DNA from: Spizellomyces punctatus DAOM BR117
Lineage: Eukaryota
Assembly: GCA_000182565.2 (NCBI GenBank)
Contig: KQ257454.1
DNA length: 64,000 nucleotides
Reading direction: 5' to 3' (one strand)
Shown: positions 26,121 to 37,000 of the stretch, one piece after another
Layout: each line of letters opens with the position of its first letter
How positions within the stretch are numbered: the first letter of the stretch is position 1
Notes under the pieces: generated by a model
The model's database searches: none
What the model was told of the DNA's origin: nothing
The model's input: the letters and a program-made list of their open reading frames with translations, nothing else
Made by a program: the position numbers and the translations under genes

Positions 26121-28215
26121 TCAGATCTTATTGTACCGCATGTAGACTGGCTTAGCGGGCCTCTGGGTGTGGATGTTATTGCGATTCGGCTCAGGTAATT
26201 CCGCACCCACCAATACTTTGCCATTGGCATCAGCTACAGCAAACTCGTAGTTTGCGAGCGCTAGAGCACAGATTATCTTCATTTCAAGCTTCGCGAAGCG
26301 CATCCCAAGGCACGGGTGGCGACCTTCAAAAGACGCGGATATAAGTAAACATGATAGAGCTCATTCAAACTGCGTGGTTGAAAAAGCCTTACCAGCTCCC
26401 CAGCCTAAAAAGGCAAACGGTTCACCATTCTTGTCCTCCAAGCGAGGGGGATCATACCGCTCAGGGTCGAAGTCGAATGGGCGACTATAATTTTGTGGAT
26501 TAAAGTGCGCATCCCCTAGTATATTGATCATCAGACCTCGCGTTGCCAGTAGCTAACTGAAATCTGCCAATACCTGGAGAATAGGTGACAAATGAGCCGA
26601 GGGGGAGCTCGTAGCCGTCGACAACGAAGCCTTTCGCCATCACCCTGCGCAACGTGGCACCTGTAAGAGTCATGCGCACTACTTCTCTCAAGCATTTTTC
26701 GAGCACTGGCAGTCCGTCCTCCCATGAATCCAAAGGTAGTTTAGTCAATTCCTCATTCAATGAAGTTATCTGGACCGTCTCATCTCCGTTGTAGTTGTAG
26801 CGGATAACCAGATCCCGGAGTTCCCCTAGAACACGTTCTCTCCAAACAGGTTTCTGAGCAACTTGAAGAAGCAGCCAGGCAGAGTTGATGCCGGTATTGA
26901 TTATTCCGGCGAATAAGCTGCCCATGACAAATTGCGCAATATCAACGTTGGAATCACCAGAGTCCATGAGAAATTGCACGGCATCGTTTTCCTTAGTGCC
27001 AAGTGCTCGCCTGGTTTCGATCACTCCGATCACGAGTTTAAAAAGCTCCATGCTGGCGGCTTCATGCCGCTTCTTTGCTTGGGACGGAAACCAGGGAAAG
27101 AGCACTGGCAGGACGCCGGATCCTGCTTCCATATCCCAGTATAATTTGGTTAGGTGTGCAATCTTCCCCTCATCCTCAGCGATCTCGCGGCAACCCAACA
27201 TCCGACAGGTTAACTTGAACACGAGCTGCATTGGTACTGCTTTAGGTCCCAAGTGGTTGTTGCGTTTATGATTTTCACTGGTTGACTTACACCGTATACG
27301 TCAACAAACGGATCCATCACACCCTCACGTCCCCACTTCGCCATTTCCTTCGATATGTCGCTGAGCATGACCGGGAGACCTGTTTCATATTTCAACATTT
27401 CTCGCTTACTTCCAATTATCGCGCCAATTCGTACCCTCTGCAAGCCTTTCTTTCTTGGCAATGAGGGCCAGCAATCGCTTGTTGAACTGTGGCATATTGG
27501 CGGGGGCCTCAGCTGTGCCAACGGCCTCTTTGGTAACGACGGGGACACCGCCGAATAGGACTTTATATCTTAACATTCGACTTAGACTCGTTTTGCGAAA
27601 GTGTTTTGACTATAAATGCTGCTTTGTCCATACCCTTCTGTGAAATTCAGCTGAGTATGGTTTGAGAAGTATTGTACTCTCGCAGAGGCGCCGCCTAGGG
27701 CAAAGACACGATGCTGCGTGCAAATGGTCAGCGCGGAAACGAGTTGAGCGCCATTGCTACTTGGCCCACCTGCAGCAAGTTAAACTCGAAAATGTTACCA
27801 TACTTGCGGCGGTTTTCTGTTAAGAAATCGTAACGACGAGTAAAGAAATCGACAGCGCCAACGATAGGAAAACTAGAAGAAAGGTCATTCAAATTCAAAC
27901 AACAGCCATCAATGATTCATAATATCAGCATTGTAAAGCAACTGTATAAAGGACGCCATACCCAGTAACCTGTCATGAAATAAAGCGTGTGATCGAGATG
28001 TTTGAAAGTTAATGGGACAAGGCACATTGACATACCTTGGGAGGCCCCGAGCGAACCACAGAGGCAAAATACAATAACGTCGCCCCAGCTGCCCCCAAGA
28101 TGACGGCAATAGGGGTAACACCTGTGATGAGCAGCGCAAAAGCTGCGATTAGGATGCTGGTCGTGGCAGTCTCAACTGCAAAAGGGAAGGACAGGACAGA
28201 AGTAGATGATTTCAT
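26121..28215 (-). CDS. Cytochrome P450, CYP51-clan-like but not a canonical sterol 14-demethylase
   Basis: N-terminal hydrophobic anchor, FPIVGAVDFF..RYDFL, I-helix GSLFAGIINT, EVVR (ExxR), FDPERY and heme motif FLGWGAGRHPCLGMRFA. Confidence 0.9.
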
Positions 28216-28966
28216 TTCAATGCCAAAGATTTAGTAACTCCACTGGGAAATGTAGCAAGATGAACACTGCGCAAACCCAGTTGGACCTTCTTATACGATA
28301 TTCGCTTGTATGTCAATTGCACCAGAATCGAGGGTGTACTCAGAGGAGGCGAGACGAAGGAATTCCAGCCTTCCGCGGAAGAAACAGTGGTTTCCCCGGA
28401 GCATCAGGGACAGCTATGCAGCTTTTGGAGCTACACTATGTACGTCAGGTCAATGATCGTGTGATACAAACGAACCGGGCGTGCTGCTTGGCGAACAGGC
28501 CACCAAGAGCCGAGCAGACGCAGAATGTGTCTTCAGTCTACTATGCATTTCACTGGACGGTGTGAGGGCGTATGTCAGACATTATTGGTTCAAGATGCTT
28601 CGCCCAGGCATCCACGCCCCGAAGCTACGTATAAATATGTTAAATCTATCTAACATGCTTCCAATTACTTGGATTATTATCGCAATATCGTTTGGGGTGG
28701 AAGATTGCATGTCTAAAAGCGCTTTTACAAGTTGTTTAGCTTAAATTTGCAAAGTGTGCAAAGGCATCGCGGTTTTAAAACTACGCAACCGAAATGGCAT
28801 TCTTAAGTAACGAAATCTAAATGACTATTGTTCCAACAACGCTGCTAAGATACTAATGTATCCAATCTGGACAAGGCCAAACTAAGGGGGTAAAGATTTA
28901 GAGTACAGATTTAGCACAGCAGTGCACGGACGGCCTGATCCGACCCATCTTCTGAAGAAACACATT

Positions 28967-30944
28967 CTAAACCGGAGACTCTGCCTCTTCCTCTTCCTCC
29001 TCACGCACCGTCTCCACGAACGCCTCATCATCTGTCATCGCCTTAACCATTGCGCCGCTTCCCAGTTCCCCTTTCAACCCGGCAATTAAGTCTATCTTCC
29101 AATGCAAAACGTCTGCCCATTCGCGACCAGTAGATTCAACTAATGCTTTCAACTTAATACGTCTAAGTGTCAGTGCCTGATTCTGACGCATTATCTCCGC
29201 AAATTCCTTTTGCGAAAATCAAAATCAGATTAGCGACAGAGGCTCTGTGGCGTGAAAAGATATGCTGCGACCCACTTCATTGCTTTTCACTGGTATACCA
29301 CATCTACGGAGCTCATCCAGATCCGGTAACGGCGGAGGCATAACGTTATTTCTCACCGCATGGTGGCGATTGAATGCTTCAAGATAGAGCGTTACGCCAT
29401 TGCGTATCTATAAATTCGAAAGCGGCGGTGAGTGGAAGAGCCCAGCTTATATTGTTAAAAGACGTCTGACGATACCGATGCCAGCGTCAGATGATCAGGC
29501 CGCATTTCCGGAGGGATTGCCCTACATTTGAGGTTAACGCACGACATGCTTTGTCTGGCCGCAACATCTATGAATAGCTCACCAGAAGAGAATGGTCAGG
29601 GTCTCATCCAATGCCGCGATGCGCGGGGGAGCGAACGACATGATCTCGAGGTTATGATTATTGAAGAGGACAGGAAAGACCTTATGCTTTTGGGCTTCAT
29701 GGCAGAGACGCTTACAAGGGCATAAGGGTTAGTTGAAATTGGAGGACATAGTACCTACATCAGGATTATATCCACGTACCCGAACTTGGCCACTAAGTAG
29801 ATTTTCCAATCCATCAAAACTTTCGCCGTTCCAGGAGCATATCAGAATGTCGTTCGGGGTTCCTCCCATCCAGCTCAACTATGGATGGGTGAGAAACCAC
29901 CTGTGCGGAGATCCTGCATCATTCTACGCATACCTTTGAGCCAAAAACACGAGACGCTTTATCCAGAAATTAATATCAAACAAAGCTACAATGTTAGAGA
30001 CATAAGGCATACCTGCGGCTGCTTGGACTGCCATAAAGACGTACGTTGACGCCACAGACACTAACAGGTAGCCAACGCCACTGCATACCGTTGTCAATAT
30101 CTCACTGTCATACGTCAGTTACGGCATTGAGATGTGTAACATTTGCCTTTGACCATACAATATCTTATATTTCGGGTTAGGTCGCAGATCACCCATCCCC
30201 ACACTGTAGTGGAATTACAGTCAAAATGTCGTAAGGACACAAAATGTATACCTCAAACTCCTCGAAAGATGACGTACGTGAACAGACAGAATCCGGTATA
30301 ATAGATCAATTCGCCAATATCGGCGGGCCTTCCGTCGCTATCTGAGATCACCGCGTCGTCCAGCCACGAGAAGAGGAAAGTGAATCCAGTCCAAATGAGA
30401 GCGAACCACACCACGATGGTCATTACTAACGTGAGAGAAGATATTATTCCAGGCATCCTTACATCCCACAGGATATGGGAGGCTTTACTCAGGCTTAAGA
30501 GCCCCAAAAATCGCATAACATGATGCGCAAACCATTGACTCCGAGCGGTCGTCCGCACAAGATGCCTCAATTCTCCAATGGCTGCTCACCAGACTATCCT
30601 TGAGTCAAAACACCTTGCAGTATGTAGACACATCGCAAACGCACCTCGTATCAGAACTTTTGTAATAGGCCCAGATCTGACAATACCCCCAGCATGAGTG
30701 CCTAGCGTCAAACCGTGAATTTTTTGAATCTTACGTTCTGATTGAAAGTGTGGTCAATATCACATCTTGCAACGTGAAGATCTGTAATCGCGATCAATTC
30801 ATTTCTGTAAGGCTAACGTCTTGTCTTATATTTTGCGTTGGCACTCACAACAATGATTATACCGATAACACCTAAGGACAACTGGGTTAAATGGAATACA
30901 TCCAATAATCTTTCCATCCACGACGCACCTGTCAGTACCGTCAT
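28967..30944 (-). CDS. Prokaryote-type potassium-channel-family (Ion_trans_2-like) membrane protein, about 12 or more small exons
   Basis: Spliced segments DVILTTLSIRTSGPIT, TM helix WFALIWTGFTFLFS, pore helix and filter IYYTGFCLFT|VGMGDLRP, inner TM, then GGTPNDILICSWNGESF, HKVFPVL, IAALDETL and GREWADV. Confidence 0.75.
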
Positions 30945-31173
30945 GGTCGTGAACTTGAGTGACGGGACATTGAAAGATAGCAAGAAGAGCGCCTTGTCAA
31001 CAGGAACTTTGCCATGGAGGTCACGGACCAAAACCAGCGATCGGGGGATGAGTGTGACATCATCAGTTGCTTACGTAACATTTCGGAAATTTTGGGTGAT
31101 TTTTTGGATGACGATCAAGAGCCTACCAGTTCAGTTGCGACGGCGTTTCAAACTCACACAGCATTCATTCGCA

Positions 31174-32744
31174 ATGCCGTTAGCACGGTCGATGCCGTTG
31201 ACTGCGAGATTGCAGCGACCAATTGGGCTAGCATCACCATGGGTCTCCATCCCGAGGACACTGTTCGCAGTTGGAATTCCTCCAAACAGATACCGATCAT
31301 GTGGGGTTACTGCCGTGTCCTCCGACAGTAAGCTAATCGAGGGACAAAAAAGACAATATGCGTCTATTTCCACTCGGCCCATCCCACCTACTGTCGCACC
31401 CCGGTCCGCCAACGTGGACACTTCTTCGGCTTCAACAGCAGTCAGTTCCTCCTCCCCCCAACCGCAAAAAAACAGCATTCGAGCCCGACTACGAGAATAC
31501 GCACGCAAATCCCGCGAAATGGTTCGTCAGTTTATTACGGGATCTCGAGATTATCTGCGCGAAACACGAGAGGCAAAAGAATTGAAGAAGCGAAAGGTGG
31601 TTAATGGCTACGAATGGACAAGAAAGGAATACTTTTTGGTGAGATCATTAAAACTTTCTTGAATATCGGATGAAAACCCCTAATGATTTGTCCTACAGGT
31701 AAAGAAGAATGAGCAAGACTTCTGGCGTGCAATACCTTTCATGTTCTGCTGTGTCTTCTTGGGCGAAGCGATACCTTTTCTTCTTATTCGGGGCATAGTG
31801 CCAAGCACGTGTCTTACAGTCGAGCAACTGGTATAAACATTAGTGCTTTCCAATTTACACCTAATCTGAGTGCATCTGCTGTAATCATTCAGGATGCACG
31901 CTGGAAGCGTCTTGCGGGAGTTAGGAAGAAATTAGCGGCAGCAGCTGTGCAGAGTGTTGATTCGGGCGAAGCGGTGCGTGGAACCAACGTGCGTGCGGTC
32001 GGCCAATTCATTCTTATTCATATGTTAGCTAGTCTGGGTTGATATCTAATGAAACGTCATACCTTTTTCCTACCTCTCAAAGATGCCGGCATCCGCTTTC
32101 CTTTCGGACGATTTTGTCCTCCGTTTGGCTCATACGCAACCTCAATACTTTCTCATCGACAACCTAACCGGTCCTCAACTGCGCGCGTATAACAAGTACC
32201 TTGGTATATGGCGTGTTGGCCCAGCCCCTTACCTTCGCCGCGTTTTGCGCCAACACGTAGATTACATTCGCGGTGACGATCTGGTATGCTGTCGGCATAA
32301 TTATGCTTCACGTGAGAATCCATGTTTGACGAAGCTATCATCCAGTTACTTAAGAAGGAAGGGCTAGAGAGTCTAACACCGCTTGAGCTGAAATGGGCTG
32401 TCGAGGCGCGTGGATTGTAAGTTTGCCTGGAAATCAGCTGTTCGGGAGGTCCTTTTATTTTGCGTACTTAAATGTGTGATTTCAGGCCATCGACTGACGC
32501 CACTCCAGAGCGAATGCGGGAAGATCTTAGCTCTTGGATAAGGCTTCACATTAACGATGACCAGGAAGTACCTTTCTCTTTGATGCTCTTGACCGCGATT
32601 ATTAGAGTTGAGTTGCAAAGTCAGATGAAGGAGGTTGTGAGAGTAGGGAGCAGTCGGATGAAGGAGCATCCTCATTTGACAGTCTCGACGGATTCGGTAA
32701 TATTCGCTGAAGAGCAAAAATCTACAGCGGTCGCAAGTGGATGA
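31174..32744 (+). CDS. LETM1-domain mitochondrial inner-membrane protein, multi-exon
   Basis: Arg/Ser-rich presequence, WTRKEYFLVKKNEQDFWRAIPF..LGEAIPF..VPST, LRRVLRQHVDYIRGDDL.LKKEGLESLT..ELKWAVEARG and LSSWIRL. Confidence 0.75.
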
Positions 32745-32996
32745 ATTTGTGCTGTTGTTGTAAATTAAGCATGGAATTCTCAGAACTCTCTAGAGATAGC
32801 TAGATAGATAGCTCATGTAAATCACTCATCCCATCTGAGCTACACATGCTCCATTTTCACATATCTAACTGGATTGAAAACTGCTCGTTGCTATTACACT
32901 GAACTGCCAACACATCTACAGCCACGGTACACGTAGCCGGTGGGGTAAACCGCTCGCAGCTCTATCTACCTCTTGCATGCGCGCGAATGCTATATG

Positions 32997-33828
32997 CTAA
33001 TCCTCCAGACTTTTGCGAACGGTCCTCTGCACACGCCGTTTGAAACCTTTCGGATCTTCCCGCCATTGTTTCTAAGAAAAAAAGGACATGAGCGATTCGC
33101 CTCTGTGGTCGGTCACGCTACGACACTTCAAGAACTCACAGCCGCTTCAATGTTTGCAGGAGATTCGTCATTCGGCCCCGATAACATACTGATTACAGAC
33201 AACACGATAGTCTCAACTGTGTGGATTGGCAACCATCTCTCTGATGCTGACTCATAACCCCATTTGTCATCCCCTGGTGGTATACAAATGAGTACGGTAA
33301 CGTTTTGTAAACATTCTACATCACACACCTGGAGGATGAAGTATAGAAATGCACACTTCTCCGTTCTCATATACATTTGGATGCCACATGTCGCTGATAA
33401 ATCTCATCTTAGGGGGCATCTGTGGATAATTTGTGGGAAACGAGAGGCGCGCTTTGAAGAAGCCTCCCTCGCTGCAAAAACGATCTCACTAGGTCAGGAA
33501 ATGAAGAAATAGGCATACAAATACCGTCAAGGATAATACTCACTAAAGAGTGCCTTCGGGGCCGACCATCATGACATCCCTAAGGGCGAATGAGGTCGAG
33601 CTGCTTTCAACTAGCGAGCAGCCATTCACAACACACACATACCATTCATATATGTTATCATCTGCTAACCCCGCTGAAAACCCTTCAACAGGATTCTTGG
33701 TTAATTCTACACAGAGGAATGGAGTCGTCAGCTGTCTAGTCCAGCGGAAACCGTTAGAATGCAACAGTCAAAAGACCTTTCAACTGCTTTCTCAGAAGTA
33801 GAGCCGATTGAGAATCGTCGTTCGCCAT
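32997..33828 (-). CDS. Ubiquitin-conjugating enzyme E2, UBE2G1/Ubc15-type
   Basis: [67 protein letters not shown] (catalytic Cys with acidic insert) and [12 protein letters not shown]. Confidence 0.95.
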
Positions 33829-34064
33829 ATCCCAGAGTTTGGCTAGCGCGTAACTTTGGTTGTTAAAAAAGATATTCAACTGCAGAAGCCAACAATGACA
33901 GAGGATAAAGGGCAAAAAAGGAACTGCGGGTTCGGAGTCTCAAAGGTCTCAAAAGTGCCATGGACCAGCAAGTGAACGCGATGCTTCATATCATGTGACC
34001 AATGAAATTCCTTACCTGCCAGATCTGAGATTTGTGCGAAGATTCTTAGATCACATTCAAGAAA

Positions 34065-37000
34065 ATGCCGGCCCTTTCCGGTAGTGACCTGGCACCGTCG
34101 TCGGCGGAGGCGGTGACTAGGACTCTTCGATCGTCAAATGAGAGCCCTATGCAACGGCTTAGTTTTGCGCAAGATCTCTGGAATTCTAAGCATATTTTCA
34201 TTCCTGGAAAGGACGAACTTTTACTTGATTGGATAGTTTCAGAGCTGTTCAATGCTACAAAGGGGAAAAGCTGCAAGTACATATCGAACTGGACGTCCAT
34301 CACATTATATCCTACGTTTAACGAATTGACACTTTGGTACTAGGTTTGGAGAAAGTCCTCACTTGAATTACGGGCATTGGCAGTTTCTTTGCACCTTGCT
34401 AGATCACTTTACGGCAATAAAGCGTCGATATGAATCCGGCGGTGCGTGGACGAAAACTGGAAGCTCCAAAAACAAAGTTGCTCGGACTCCTTCAGTAAAG
34501 GCGAGGGTGGGAGATATCTTTGTGGTTGTTTTGAACGACGTGTCAGATTCTCTATCTGAGCGTATCAATAAACATGCTCCGAATGATCTCCTTGCCATTG
34601 AGAGCTTGACACGGATCACTTGCGAATGTTTCCGCAGGCTTACCGCGGACCTGAACGAGATTCTACGCCCGACCCTGGAGCTCTATGTTACACTCACGGA
34701 CTCTGCTGTCCGCTTCTTCGATATTGCGTCCTCCTCAGACATCTCCATCGCTGCCGCATCTGGCCAGTTTCTCCAAATAGTTCTGTACCACTTGCAAAAG
34801 ATCTCCCAGCAGTCTCCCAATAGAAAAAAGGTTATACCAAAACCCCTTTGGCTAATGTTTCCTTGACAATCAAGTATTAATCACTTGGCCTGATTTCAGA
34901 CATTCAGCATCACCGTGAGCAAACTTTTCCTTCCCATCCTTACCCTACGATATTCTCTGAAGACCTCACCGGCAAAATCGTCGCCTGAGGGCTTTGAGCA
35001 CCATTTTGAGGTTCTCGTGAAGGACCTTCTGCAGCACAACCTCTTTCATCGCGAACATATGCAGGAGTTTGCCAATGTGCTACATCACCTAGAGGGGAAA
35101 GCGTCAGTTACCGGAGCTGAAAAAGCAGGCTATCCAAAACAATTTTTGGAACTTTTGCGAGGCTCCCTTGCTACAGGAGCAGGCGTACAATTTAGAGCAG
35201 GTACGTTGTCTCAAGGAGTTCTAGTTGTGATCGCCACACTGAAGAGAAGTTTCTTGGGTCCATTGTAGTCCTGAACTCCTTGCCTTTCATATATGAGCTA
35301 TTCATTCAGAGTTCTCAGGAATTGACAAAGAGGCGGCCATTATCCACTGAGCCTACTTTTCCTCTCTTCCTCGAGTTTCACCAAACATTATCAGATTTGA
35401 TGAAGCGAATGTTAGAGACGGGAACTGACGTGTCAATGAGAACCGCTCAGAACGTGTTGGACGTTCTCGTGGATTTGTTGAATCTTGTGCAGCGCTCTGA
35501 CATCTATCGTCCGACCAACGATGAAACATCTAAAAAGCAGCTCCAGTTTTTTGAGCAGCTGAATCGGTTTTTTCTCGACCTGGGTGGCACACTTCCATGT
35601 ACGTGAAACCTTCTGTTCTGTGCCCATTTTGATATTTTGACTTCTTACGACATTGCGGAAATGATAGCGACCTGCCACAGCAGGATTATTCAAGGCTGGC
35701 ATTGTCTGTTGCTTTTAGACTACACCATCATTGAATCACATCTGGCGGAGGTGTGGCCTTTCATTTTGACGGTAGGTACTTGTCAATGCCCAGGGATCTG
35801 TGTCCGCATTGCCTAAACCCTTCACACTCTATCAGCCTGTAGCAGCAGCAACATTGCAGGCGGAATTATTCACCCGCGAGTTACTACGAACATTTACAAA
35901 ATGCAGGCGCTTAGATTACCTGATCGAAAAGTACCTGGAAGCTTTGCGGCATGTTCAGCTAACACGGGGGGCCAACGTCACAAATCAAGCCATTTTCTAC
36001 TCCACTTCTTGTTTATCGGAGTATGTACATTGTTCTAATGATCGTTCCTAGTATTGTTGACCAACCTGCTCTGTGGTTATAGGTTTGCCGCATGCATTGA
36101 AAAGCTCTTACCCGCGCAGGCCATTGCACTAATGCAGTTACTTCGCAAAGAGCTGGAGGAACACTGCCTTCAACCACAGGCAACAGGACGATCAGCCAAG
36201 AGGCAGAAGCGTGAGAAGGATCCTGCGCGAGGAAAAAGCCGTGACTTTCATCTATCGGCAGAGCTGCCTGTTATACTCCTCTCACTTTTACTGGAAAATG
36301 CACACATCTCCCAAGGCCAGCAAAAGGCGTTCGAGGAACTCATCGGAGAGTTGCAAGCCAATTTCATTGATCCGGTCCTCGCTCGATGCGACGCGGGGAG
36401 GAAGCTGGAGCTGCCCGAAACGGATGCGCTTTTGCTACCAGCGCTTTCACTGAAGCTTGCCTTATTGAGAGCTTCCCCGGCGTATTGGGCCATGCATGTG
36501 ACAACAGTCTCCATTGATCGCATGCTTGGACTTCTGCGGAGAATTTCGCTGAGTGATCCGAAAGTGGCCTATTTACAGGTATATCACCGCCTTGCTCAGA
36601 GCCCGTCTTTCAATTTCGTCCTTTTCTTTACACCGTTGTTCACCAGAATGAAATTGTGCTCTCCCACATCGAGCGCATCGCGAGTACTACCGTAGATCCT
36701 CGCCAAGATACGAACTGTGTGCGAATGATGACTGATGTTTTGAGCAACCTGAGCTTGCGAGCCTACGACCTTGCTACGACATGGGATATGCGGCTCAAAT
36801 CGTTGACAAGTGCCAATCAAATTGTTGGCTCCTGGTCGATGATTGCGAACCATCTCGTGCCTATCAGGTAAGTATTCACGTAGCCAACCACCTGCCACCT
36901 ATGTTGACTTGTTTTCTGCATAGTCGTTTGGCGGAAAGATCCCAGCTTGAGGACATCGTCCGGCTGCTGATCGACAGCATTGAAAAGAGTCCTATTGAAG

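Noticed and set aside
26121..30944. P450 plus channel as a secondary-metabolite or HGT island
   Set aside because: There is no backbone synthase, transporter set or regulator. Both genes have host-type introns and composition, and the flanks are housekeeping genes.
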